64,000 nucleotides of DNA, taken from positions 186,001 to 250,000 of the forward strand of contig JAMWBK010000013.1 in assembly GCA_029953675.1 (NCBI GenBank). The letters are read 5' to 3'. Below the pieces are notes generated by a model. It saw only the letters and a list, made by a program, of their open reading frames with translations. It was not told the DNA's origin and did no database searches. The stretch is from Rhodosorus marinus CCMP1338. Its lineage: Eukaryota > Plantae > Rhodophyta. The position numbers were made by a program, and so were the translations under genes. Of the stretch, positions 39,797 to 51,650 are shown piece after piece; the first letter of the stretch is position 1; every line of letters begins with the position of its first letter.

Positions 39797-42334
39797 TTAT
39801 GATCTGATGTGCTGTGTCCTTTTGCTAGTCGCTTCGAGCATGGATCGGTAGGGAGCCGGTGTTCGCCTCAGCTCGTTGGAAAGCCGTAGCTGCACATTTT
39901 CATCCTGGGCCTTCCGGAGCTTGTTCCGCAGGGTCTCCACGGAAACCGCGGACTGCGTAGCTTCCCTCTGCAGAACCTTAACTGTTGACTCGAGCGCTTT
40001 TAACGCTGAATCTCTTTCGACATCCTTTTGGCGAAGGCCTAACAGTGAGACAGTCGGCCACGTCACGGAAACGGGGTCAGCAAAAAGTGATTCTCGATGT
40101 TGACCAGCGCTCCGCTGAGAATGCTTACGGTCTCGCTCGACGGTGAGCTGAGCCACTTGTTGTTCATCCATCAAATCCTTCTCACTCCGTCGCGTTCGGC
40201 CACTATCGGCTAGGGTCCTAGCGGGCGTTCTCCTTCCTTCCATGGCCAGAAACTCCTGCTTCAGCTGCTCAGCTCTAGTCTCAGTTCTTTTCAACCTGTC
40301 CAGACAGTTCCACGCAAAGGCAGGTTAGACGGTACCACACGTTGACGTTCGAGAGCAGCAGCTGCTGCGGAAGGGCTTCATTCGCCGAAAGCCTACTCCG
40401 TCTCATATCGAATTAAATACTCCCTCAATTTGGAGCGCTCAAAGTCAAGCTCCTTCAGTGCTGCTGTCAGATGATTGATCATCTTCTTCTGCTCCTTTTC
40501 GGCTTCCCTCAGGTCCAAACACTCGGATTCAAGTCTCTGCTTATCCTTCTCAACGCTCTGTAGGGGTTCCAACTGCGCCCTGTAGTTTCTCAAATCTGCC
40601 TCGAGCTCCCCATGCTCCTGGGTCAGCGACGACAGGCTCGCACGGTAGGCCTCCTGTACACGGGAAACGTCGTTGCTCAGCATCCCCTAGTGCGTTCATT
40701 TAGAACTAGCGTCAGCTTACCTTGTCCCGTTTCTCAGCTTCCAAGTCCGCTTCAAGAGAAGCGACCCGGGTCTGTGACGCTTCAAGCTGCGCTACTGCTT
40801 CAGTGCCGTTTATCTAAAACAAGAAAGCCCATTTTCTGCTAAGAAAACTTCCCGAAAAGCTCCGCTTAGGACTCAGCGTTTACCTCCGCAAGTGCAATGT
40901 CCTGTCTCAGGGACAGTATAATATCTTCCAGTTCATTTTTCTGATCCTCCGCCCGCTTCAGCTGTTCCTTCAACTCCTTCTTTTCCGCCTCCGCCATTCT
41001 CAAGTCACGTTGCATGACGAGATTGGCAACCTCAATCACAGCAGATCTCCTGATTACCACCCAGACGCCGGTTAGTCTCAGGAACATAAACCTTAGTGCG
41101 CTGTTCGAGCTTCTGTCTTACCTTGTCAAACCCTCATCCTCGAGCTCGGTAATCTCCTCAAGCGCTGCAGAGCCCTTTGATGCTCTCGAGATGCTCATAC
41201 TGGTGTCCAACCCGGTACTATCATCCGTTGGATCGATAAACCTAGTTTTTGCAAGGAAATAGTTAGATCCCTGACCTGTGCTGGTGATGGTTGACCAACC
41301 ACGGCTTCTTAGCACGTACCTCGCTGCACGTTTCGTGTCCCGATCAGAAGCTAGAACATCTCGGTTTAGAATCGAGGCTTCGTCTTCCAGCTGCTTGAGG
41401 CGGGCTTGGAGCGTGATTTTAACCGTTTCGGCGGCCTTGAGTTTCTCCTTTGTCTCCTTCAGCTCCTCCGCTAGACCGCGTTGACAATGGTGCGAGGGTA
41501 CGAGAGAGAAATTCCTTTTAAGTCCACCGCTTCTGTTTCAGTGAGTAAGCGCGCAGTTTCGATCCTACCAGCATATTGGAGGTCATTAAGCGCGTACTGA
41601 GCTCCATCAATACTGGTAGAAACCTCCAATTGTCTCACGGCGACAGAGAGTTCATCGTTGAGTTGCTTGTTCGATGCCTTTTCGTCTTCTAGTTCGGATT
41701 GAAGCCGTTTCATCTGTTAGAACAAGTTGGGAGAGAGGATTTAGCCTTCTAGTCGAACTTATCGAGGTTGTCGCCTTGTCTAGCTCGATACCGCGCTTCT
41801 AAGTTCGTTTTCGGGACTACTGTTCGACGACGATTTTCCGTGAGAACCTGCGTCCGATGGTGGCAGAATGGTCTGAAGTCCTCTGGCGTCTGAGGCAGAG
41901 GCTTCATCAGGACTGCTTCCACCGTTTGACAAAGTCCTGCTCTCTCCGGAAGAGCTCCTTGACACCTCAAGCAAGATCGATTCTGCCTCGTCCTTGACAG
42001 TCTTGAACGATTCCGGATCTAGACTCTTCTCGAGAGAACGCATGAGCATCCTCATGTCCTCAGGTGCATTTCTGGAGAGAGGGACATCCTCCGTTCCCTA
42101 CAACACACCGATGAGATCGAATTAGCCCAACAAAATCAAGCCGATCCTGCCCGGACTAGATAGTCATACCTCATTCCCCTTCGCCGCCTCCAGGGCATCT
42201 ACGAGCCTCCTCGACGCCTCCAGGTCATCTACAAGCCTCCTCAACGCCTCCAAGGTCTCATTCGAAAGTTCAGCTTTCGGCCCAAGCTCCGTAACTCCGA
42301 GCCTCACGAGTCTCTCTTCCAAGCTCGCTTCCAT
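39797..42334 (-). CDS. Long coiled-coil protein of unknown function; multi-exon
   Basis: A chain of E/K/L/R-rich heptad ORFs (41780-42055, 41471-41713, 40866-41087, 40393-40683, 39797-40294) flanked by GT-AG sites. ATG 42334 (MEASLEERLVRLG). Confidence 0.8.
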
Positions 42335-43109
42335 GCTTCAAATGTCCATCAAACAAACAACCAGCCTTCAAAACTACTCCATCTAAAAGCTTTTTCCTCC
42401 ACAACAGCCGAGAAAAATTCTAATAGTCGTTACTCTGAAGGCTGAAAAAGTAGAACAATATTGCACCCGCCCAAACCCCCCCGCCCCCCCCCCCCCAAAA
42501 AACCGTTCAAAAGTCCGGGGTTGGTACCAAACAACAGTAAACACCTTTCAAGAAGGTAAAACTTTTTGTTCCAACGCTCAATCTATCTTTTCAGGGCTTC
42601 CGTATCCGAGGCTTACCCTCAGTTGATAAAGTCGCCAACCCCGAAAAGCCAAAACAAAACAAAAAACCTAAACTGGGATGAGCAGTACGACTCTCCAAAA
42701 CCCTGAAACTCTTCCCGTGCTCTAGGGGTGGAACTACTCCGCTTAAATGTTAGTCTTCTTATTCTGTTCAGTTTAATGTGTGGCTCTCAATAACTTAGTC
42801 TGTATCTTGTCTTAAAACTGGTCTCTTTCTCTCTCTTCCTCTCTCTTCCCCTCTCTCCCTCCCGCTCTCTCTCTCTCTCTCCCTACTGTTGATGAAAGTG
42901 TCACTCACCCGCCCAAAACTCAAAAAAATGGAACCCTTTAAAAAAGACAATTTTGTCCGCATCGACAGAGAGAAATCTCCATTTCAATATTTCAGCAAAA
43001 ACAATTATTGGAATCAATGGTTGGAGTGCATTTTTGTTTTTTAAACAATTTAAGGTATCAATTAATTTTATGGAAATATTTGGAAGTATTTATGTTAAGA
43101 AAAGTACCC

Positions 43110-43505
43110 ACATCGAATTGGAGTCTGCTAAACTGCACATAAACCAATTATCAGTGAGTAGCTGAAATTCTTTGGCTATTACATTCAAAAACGAAATATG
43201 GGCAGATCTTATTAATGATAATATTAAAAAGTATTCTGTTCGAAAAATTGTTTATATCCAATTGGAGTAAACTTCAAAACCATGTTTACCAATTATTACT
43301 CAATAGTTGAAACAGGATCGAAGTTTTCAATCAAAAATATTGGATTTATTGTTTACTGGTGTTTTGTTTTAAATAAACGTCAAAAAAGAACTTTATCAAT
43401 AAAATATTTGAAGATATTTGAGTTTAAAAGTGGTGTATATCCAATTGAAGTTTACTAATCTGTAAATAAACCAATTATCATTCAATAAGTAGCTTCTTGA
43501 AAATA
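43110..43505. repeat. AT-rich diverged tandem repeat (three units of about 145-185 bp)
   Basis: aattg(g/a)ag...ccaattat(c/t)a..(t/a)agt recurs near 43114, 43260 and 43443. Confidence 0.55.
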
Positions 43506-45091
43506 GTTTAGTTTAATTAGACTACTCCTAGAAAGTTAACAATAGGTTGTTGGATATTCCTTTTTTGTTTGGATATATCGAATTTACTTCTACCAGTCGG
43601 TGAGAATATGTCCATTTAATTTATAAAAGCAATTGGAATATCATTTATTATGGTAAGGTAAGAGCTAAATAATATTTAATTCACATAACTAGAACGTTTA
43701 AATAATATGTTTATCGTAATATTATCTTGGAGCTAGGTTTATATATTGAATATACGTTATAAATAGCTTATAGTGAGATCATATTTTCTCAAAAAAAAGA
43801 AATTTGATATTAGTCGAAAGTTTACTCGACACGTGTCTTTATCTTCTATCAAATTATAATTTGACACCTGGCCTCCAACGGAAAAATGGAAATACTTTTG
43901 TCCAATGTCGGTATTGCAGATGACCTTGAATGATATGGAGACAGTTGGGTAGTAAAAAGGCGTGTTGATGTAGTTGATCTGGGCGGTCCCGATTGGGGCT
44001 AGAGTGCAAATAGTATCTGTAGCCCTATAATATGTGCAGTGACTCCATTCAGCTGCGATAGAACGGGCTTGATCTGGAAGTAGGGGGTCTATGTAGTGGC
44101 GTGCTCGCACAAATTGATCCCGGCCAGCGGTTGCATAGCTGGTGCGTAGGTCCCTGAGCGATGGCGTGAGTGCATTGTATATGAATAATCCATATAGAAA
44201 AATTCATTTCCTGCATCTTCATCGGTAAGCAGCTATTCTCGCGAGCAAAGGTTTCCGTAGGCCCACCGACCAGTCAGCACAATGACTGCTTCAAGAGGAA
44301 GATGGATTCATGAGCCCAGCAGGGGCGGTGGGAGGTTAAATCCATCTTTTACAACCCCCATAAAAAACTACAGAACCAACCTTTCCTGTTCTCTACCATG
44401 AGGACAAAAATCCCACAGGAATCTTCGAAAGCCAAATTTTCCTAGATGTATTCTCTGACTCGCCCCTGGGAGCGGTGAACGGGACTTCCCCATGTTGGAG
44501 GACAGACATCCCCCGATAGACCCATCTGAAAACGATCAAATATTCTGTTCTGGCCACAAAGTATCGCAGCTGTTGGAAATAGTCTCTGCCCGATCAGAGA
44601 AACGCTAGACGAAGCACACTTTGTGAAAGGACTCCTACTCGTATCTGACGCGCTCGAGCAGGGACTTGTTCGTGGAAGGAGATTGAACTGATTGCGAGCA
44701 AGTGCAGGAGAGCCGGACGTGACTCATTGTCGCGGCTGAAAGGAGGACCTCTCGCGCTCTCTTGAGAAATTATCCGTTGACAACCAGAGGCATTGCGGCT
44801 GGACAGCTCCGACTTCCCTGGTGCTGTGACCTGTGAAGGGCTGACCAAGGCACACAGGGTTGGGGCGGTCATTGACAAAGGGGTGCGGGAGCAGGGAGAT
44901 CTTACTGCTTCATAGACGAGCGTCGAAACGCTCACCGCTAAAGGTCGAAACGAATGAGGTAGGTATGACCCTTAAGCTCAGAACCAGATGGCCTGGCACA
45001 TAAGCTCAAGCCGGGAGTACGGGCGATGGCGCCGCGCATTGTGAAGTCGTAAGGTTTAGCAAAAGTTAGATAGTGCTGTTCACAAGCTAGC

Positions 45092-46084
45092 CTAACCTCG
45101 TGGGTAAGGCCACGGGGTCAGTTTTGTTAGATGTCTGGCCGCCGCTGTGCCGCTCAAGAAGGCGGCTTCGACGCGGCCTTTTGTGCACCAGTCTCCGCAC
45201 GCCAGCAGCTGCGTCTTTGCATCGACGAGGCAGGGCTTCTCAGATGCCGCTCGGTCGACGTTGGCATACCTCCATCTGTGGAGAACGACGTGCGGAGATC
45301 CGGCGAGGGCAAGTCCAGTTAGGTTCTCCACCTCCGCCAGCAGTTTCGTTTTCACCATGTCCTGATCGTCTTCTATATGCACTTCGGACCACTCGTTTTT
45401 GCTATGGACGATGAGGCAGTTCTCGGGTCGTCCAGGCTTGTCGCTGTTCACTGCTATCCAGTCGACCGGGGAGTCACCCCCGACGAAAGCGCTCGTCCAT
45501 GGGGGTGAAGCTTGGTGCTCGTCAAGCCCGATCATAAGCGTCTAGCATGCAACCATACGTGTGGCCCTTAAGATATTGTCATGGACGAATCGATCGCCAA
45601 AGAGAGCGGCAGTTTGCGGAGCTGGAGCGCTTGACACAACCTAGTCGAAAACGCCATGCTCTGCGCCAGTGCTGTCCAGTAGCACCCACCCGACCGGATC
45701 CCGCTTGAGCGCGGAGATTTGTATTCTGTACTTCACTTTCAGTCCTCGCGCTAGATCTTTCGCGAGCGAGTTCATGGAGGGGCTGGCCACGAACATCGGG
45801 CGGCGTATCTCCCTGTTTGAACCGTTCAGAGAGATAGTCCGACACCGCCACTCCTCGACAAGGCCGGCCTCCTTGTACTCGGTCACAAAGTCCCGAAAAG
45901 CCTCGCTCTTTGCTGTAAAATACTGCGCGCCGTGATCGAAGGCGTAGGGCTCGGCCCGGCGAGTGGCCATACGGCCACCTGCTCCGCGCGATTTCTCAAA
46001 GATTTGAACGTCAAAGCGCTTCGATAGTGACTCCGCAGCCACTAGGCCCGAAAGGCCAGCGCCAATAATCGCGATCCGTGTCAT
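45092..46084 (-). pseudogene. Renalase-like FAD-dependent oxidoreductase (COG3380-type), intronless, interrupted by two in-frame TAG codons (45641-45643, 45542-45544)
   Basis: IAIIGAGLSG, FEKSRGAGGRMATRR, FDHGAQYFT, FD*VVSSAPAPQ, AC*TLMIG, HRWRYA, CGDWC and VEAAFLSG all lie in one continuous frame. Confidence 0.9.
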
Positions 46085-46817
46085 AGCCTTCGTTCCTTCA
46101 AAATCAATACGAACGTGGCGCGTTCAAAGCTGCGCCAAGCAGTAGACGAATCCTCCATTCTCGGGACAGATTCAGCCACTCTACAGTATCACCTTCATCG
46201 TCTGCACTGAAGACGACCCAAGAGCATTCATTCCCGAAGTTGATCAGCACGACATCGACAGAGTCAGGGCACAATCTGAAGTTCCGATATGCATAATGAA
46301 GCAGAATTCACTGGACTAGGGTCACAAAGGAGACCTGCACGGACGTTGGATCGGGGATAGACCCTCAGTTTTCTGGCGCTACTGGACATCTTCAGATCGC
46401 CAAAGTCCGCAGCGGTCGCTCCTGATCTGATCCCGAGCTTGTCCCCGTCCTGATAGCATGGGTCTTGAATTTGGTGGCTGATGTCACTGCTCGGACTTTG
46501 CTCGTAGAAACCCAGAAGCATCCGCCCTGCTTGAAGCTGTTACACGTAGGTCCTGGTCCTATCCCAAAGTTTGCACCCATTTTGAGGAGTTTGGAGCTTG
46601 CTTGGTGGAGGATGTAGCTGGCTGGCTGGCTGGCTGTGGAAACGTTGAGTTCGCATCCCAGAATCCAGTCGATCTGGTTTCTGATCTGATCACAGGGTTT
46701 ACACCCGTCCTAAGGAGCCTGGAGCTTGCTTGCTGGGTGAGGATGGCTGGCCTCGTTTGTAAACAAGAATACAGTTCTTCGAAAATAAATAAGCAGTCCC
46801 ATGGGGTTCGGATCGAA

Positions 46818-48670
46818 TCAGCGAAGCAGGTGTCGAAGTAACAAGAAGAGGAAATAGGCGATGACAACGTTGAGGATGACGGCGACGAGGATTGCTGATC
46901 GGCGGGTCCACGCATCATAAAACTCCTCGCGCATTTCGCTCGGTAATCCCACCCGCGAGGGCAACGACGAATATGTATTCCCGTACACGACCCCAAGGTC
47001 CCGAGCAATATCAATTGAAGCCGACGGCATCGCGAAAGTCTTCGCACGTCTTCGCATCTGAAAATTATGTATATAGGCGTAGGAGAGGGTAATTCAGTGG
47101 TCAGGCTCCGAGTGGGGAGGGCTATACAAGCTCCGAGTTCACCTCAGCGAGACGTTCCGGATCTCCCAACCACTCGCTCGCGGTTGCTCCAATAACGTCT
47201 GCATCGGTTGAGTAAATGCCTAGATCATTGTCCACAACAAACTGCATGTTTCCCTCCTCTTGACCAGGCAAGTAGGCGAATATGATCATTGGAAGGCCCT
47301 TAACAAACGCTTCTGCGACGGTTCCAGGTCCCGCTTTGGTCACCAGAAGATCACTAGCTTCCATCCATTCACTGATATTGTCCGTAAAGCCTGCGAAGCA
47401 ACCGCCATAGTCCGGCCCTTACGTTAAAACAGACCGCACGGAGTGGTATGGGAGACTTTGCGACTATGCTTACCGAGTACTTCCACTTCCACGGGCCATG
47501 TGTGATTGGCCAGACTAGTCTTGAGCTTGCGATTGTTCCCACAGACAATCACCAGCTTGGCACCGTTCGGACCGAGTTCCTTGTTGATGTGCCTCGCGAC
47601 GGCTTCAGAGATCAATTCCAAGTTACCCATACCATCACCTCCGCCCATCAGCAGGATCACTGGTTTGCTGACCGAAAGGCCAAGCTTTTCACGTTTTCCG
47701 AACCTATCCGTCTTGTCATCCCAGAACTCACGTCGAAGCTATTTGAGAGAGATGGGGGGCGCGAGGAGGTCATTAGAGCGATCGATTCTCAACGTACGGG
47801 ACCAGACTTTGAGGCACTTACTGCGAGCCCGTAGACCTTCAATTTCGAATTCTTCATCCCAAACTTGATGGCAAGGGTTCGAACCGGTTCGCTGGGTATG
47901 TAGGTCATTTCGCTGTCCTTGTTGAACCACATGGGATGCGCATCGCCGTAGTCCGTAACGACGGTGGAGAAGATCTAGTAACCAGATGGTGTCCGAATAA
48001 GGCTTTCGGCATAAATGAATGCCTCTAGCAGAATCAGGAGGAGTCGAAATAGTGCTCACCGGAGTTGGTTTCAGATCAATGCATCTGATGCGCCGTAACA
48101 CATTGTTGGTAAGGCGATTCACCATGGGATGAACGGAAACGATGACATCTGGTTGGGTCTCGCTAAGGAATGCCTTGAGCTTGTCATGAACCATAACCTG
48201 CCACATCTGCTCCTGAAACCAGCGGGTTGGCGGAAGCTTTCCGTACCAATAAACCACCATCCACATCACCGGGTACTTGGCAACAAGTCTGTACCACCAT
48301 GGGTACGTACTGAACGGCCATCCCGCGATCTCGACCCACAGATCAACCGTTGATACAGAAACGTTGTCCTTGTACAGATGCTTGAACGCATCCGTGAGAG
48401 CGTTTGCGCTGGCTCGATGACCTACTCAGAACAGAAAACAAAGAGATCCCGTCAGCCTCCACGTCGAGATGGATTCAGCGCTGGAATTGCACACGAACCT
48501 CCTCCAGTCTCAGACATCAAAATCAATACTTTCATCGGCCAGACGCTGTTTTGCCTATCCAAAGACTCCCCGTCTAGCAACGGATCACCAAGATGCCCAT
48601 CCTCCCCATCCTGCTGAGCAGACAGCAACGGCGTCCGCTCAGCCTCATACCCTAGACTTTCTACAACCAT
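46818..48670 (-). CDS. MGD: MGDG synthase-like glycosyltransferase (GT28) with a C-terminal transmembrane segment; multi-exon
   Basis: KVLILMSETGGG|HRASA, PDVIVSVHPM, TVVTDYGDAHPMWF, LLMGGGDGMG, VTKAGPGTVAEA and LPGQEEGN. Ends AILVAVILNVVIAYFLFLLLRHLLR. Confidence 0.93.
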
Positions 48671-49451
48671 CCCTCTTATTCCATCAGTCGACCCAAAAGT
48701 AACACCACACCACTCCCGATCACAATCCCCTACTCCACCCCCAAACTCCCCCTGACCGACCCAAAAAAATTTTAGCCTTCAAAACTAGCCTTCCTAACAG
48801 AAGACTCAACTACTCTCCAATTCCTTTCCCCTCCTTACTCCAGAGCTGCTCCTACACCTCTTCTCCAACCTCCCCAGACCATCACTCAGTCTCCCTCCCC
48901 AACCCAAACAACATGTACTAACACTTTTTTTTTCAACAAACATCAATTCACATATAATCGTCTCTACAAATATTCAATCAACATTGCAAATATACAATAT
49001 ACGTTAACATTTTAAACATACATTCTTAATATATTTTATTGACTGAATAATATACGACGCTAAAGCTAAATTTAAGAAAATGTCAATCCCATTTTTCATC
49101 GAGGACTTTTTGTTTTACTCATTCCCCCCCCCCCCCTTCTCCGTCGCCATCTTTGTCCTCAAGATTTTCAAATCAACCCGACAAAATTCCCCTTGGTCAG
49201 TTCACATCCTTTTTTGTAAACAGACCAAAAGAAGCTAAAATCCCAAGTTTGTTACGATGCAAGCTAGTTATATCTACCCCCCTTAAGTTTTAGGGTGACA
49301 ATGACGTGCCGAAAGGTAAGGGGGAGGAGGAGGATCGCAGAACATTACAAAATGGACGCGCGCCAGTGGATGTGGTAGTTTGTTTTTTAAAAACTTTTGG
49401 ACCAGTAAAATATTTTGATTGATTTTTGGATTGAACTGTTTGCCGTTTGGG

Positions 49452-50701
49452 TCAGATGAACCGGAAGTTCTTCGCAGATGAGTAGAGCTTCCTTAGGAGC
49501 ATGACGTTGAGGCTGTGTCCTGGTCGTAGAGATTCGTATCGACCTGATATCACTCCTCCTAATCGAAGATCTCCCAGTGCGTCCAGGCCCTGTTTGGTTT
49601 TTGATTTTGAGAGAGGAAAGGTTTTCGGTTTTAGGAGGACCCCTGGGCGGAGGAGGATGACGTTGGGAGGGGGTTTTGGGGAGGGTTGTTTGAAGCTTTC
49701 TGAGACGAGGTCCTTGCCTTGTGCATGCTTGGCTCTTTGGAGAACCGGAGGCCTTCCTTATTGATAACAGATCCGTCGTTGTTGAACGCAACGGTATTGT
49801 CCAGGTTGGATCCTCGGGCAAGGTTCTGGGCACGTAGCGGCTCCAGATCTGACATGAATCCGAACGTCCGCGCCTCAAAGACATTACGTTTGATGAATTC
49901 TGACCTCCAATAAGAGAACGATTGGGGCTGCATCCGAGTCCCGAAATCTAGATGGACGGAAATGTTCAGGTCCCCTTCTGGGTCCGCATTTTCGAGCGGT
50001 GATAGCTTTGCCCAGCGACTGTTAGCATCTTCTTGGCTCACAGCTATCTCGCTCAGAACCTGTAACCCAGGGCTTGTATCAGCACAGCTGTCCAGTTGGT
50101 CGCCCATGGCATAGCAAAAGCGCAGAAATCGGTCAACTCACCTGCACCTTCTTTAGACTCGAGTTTGCTTCAACGAGAGTCCTCCGAGACAGAAAATCCT
50201 CTGTGAAACTCTTGGAAGAGCCATCCATTCCAGGAATTTCACTTCCGCGAACAACGACTCTGGCGTTGTCAATCCCAGCTCCAGAGAATGCCGCAAGAAG
50301 GTGTTCCACTGTGCTGACTCGCCATGTTCCTACACAGACAGTTCGGTGTTTAGCAGCTGGAATCCTTCGCCAGTCTCCAAAATCGATGTTCTTACTAGCC
50401 GGATCTTCATCTTGCTTCTCCAAAGTCACTCCGAGGTAGGATGAACCCTTCACCAGTTCCCAGCTGGCAGGGATCTGAACCTGTTCATTTCCATCTTGGA
50501 TGAAGACGATACCTGATCCAGGTTCACCTGGAAGCACTTTGATATCAACCCTCTCCCCTACGACCGGTTCAGTTCAGTTTCCAACCCGACCAGGTCAGCA
50601 GAAAGCTCGGTACGTATAGGTTTTTGACTTTACTCACCTGTGTGTAGGCCAACGCCACTAAAATTCAGCTCGCTTACTGTGGATTGAGAAACAGGAGCCA
50701 T
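49452..50701 (-). CDS. lpxC: UDP-3-O-acyl-GlcNAc deacetylase (lipid A pathway), four exons
   Basis: Exons 50701-50638, about 50557-50142, 50059-49718 and 49589-49452 give SGVGLHTG, STVEHLLAA, EIPGMDGS, ARTFGF, GSNLDN, HK|GLDALGDL and GHSLN. The Zn-ligand His/His/Asp and the catalytic His are retained. Confidence 0.95.
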
Positions 50702-50849
50702 CAATCATCTCCAGGAAAGAAGCGTCGGAGCAAGAATACCGATCTCTCGACCGCCCCGCCTTCTTCCCGACGCCTGTTTGCTTGTCCTAGAATTGCTGTT
50801 CTCAGAGTTGCCGCTGCTGTGGATGGGGATAGCGTCACTTGCTAGATCA

Positions 50850-51650
50850 GAGGGGGAGGATCAGAGCTCTCCATCCTATCCATATAAGAACCAGAATATT
50901 TTGCCTCTTTCCCCTCTTCTGACCCACCAAGGGCACGTCGTTCTTCACTATATCTGTATCGTGCATGCGTAACCTGGGATCCATCAGCATCCCACGTTTC
51001 GAGTTCACGACGAAAGAATACTTGTCATCGCAGTGGAATTTTCGAATGGACATAACATGTAGGATCATGGCGAACAGACAGTTCAGCGACAGCATCAGTC
51101 TCCGAGCAACCAGGCGCACACGGTACGGTCAATCATCATCTTCCTCGTTCTTATACTTCGGGAGGTGAAAACTATGAAGCTGTAACTGCGTAAACGGAGA
51201 TTTGTGATGACGAACTGGGACAGTTTGTCAAGGCACGGTGAACGAAAGGATAAGAGCAACGGAGGAAGCAAGTACGGTCCGCCACAGCCTTACAGAGGAG
51301 GTCCCAGCAATCCCTCCTTTCGAGTTTGGAGACCAAACTAAAAAAGGTATTTTCATGGAGGGAAAGAGCACGTCGATAGACCGATCTGTGTGATCGTAGC
51401 AATATTCAAGACATTTAGTCGAGGATAGACAATACCGAGAAGGGATAATAACACTCGACGGAAGGAATGAGCCTCAAGAACACAGGCGGGCACTAACTCC
51501 GCTACATTAGGAAGAGATCGGAAGCAGCGACCAACAAACCAAGTTGGTTTCCTCAAACCTTTGACGAAACCAGAGATAGTTGCGATCGTAGCGGAGGTGA
51601 TGCCAGGAAACGGAGTCCCTAAGTAAGTCAGATGCGGGAATCCAATGTGA
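50850..51650 (-). mobile_element. Possible decayed CRE-like non-LTR retrotransposon segment directly upstream of lpxC
   Basis: Fragments TYLGTP, FLRCSYPFVHRALTNCPSS, VRHD, QVTH, SEEGKEAKY and MES occur in the order expected for RT-end, zinc-finger and RLE regions. Many stops and imperfect spacing. Confidence 0.3.

Noticed and set aside
44120-44175. SLRDLRTSYAT resembling a tyrosine-recombinase (H-x-L-R-H) motif on the minus strand
   Set aside because: It is a single short motif. No other catalytic residues or DIRS/Crypton context could be traced.
45542-45643. Genome-wide reassignment of TAG as a sense codon
   Set aside because: TAG is the normal terminator of serS, the PTPS-like gene, rnb, N6AMT1, DDX20 and DCD1 in this window, so any recoding would have to be site-specific.
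45542-45652. An intron removing both TAGs of the renalase-like gene
   Set aside because: A GT...TAG intron would either leave the first TAG or delete the conserved D-x-VV-x-x-x-PAPQ motif.
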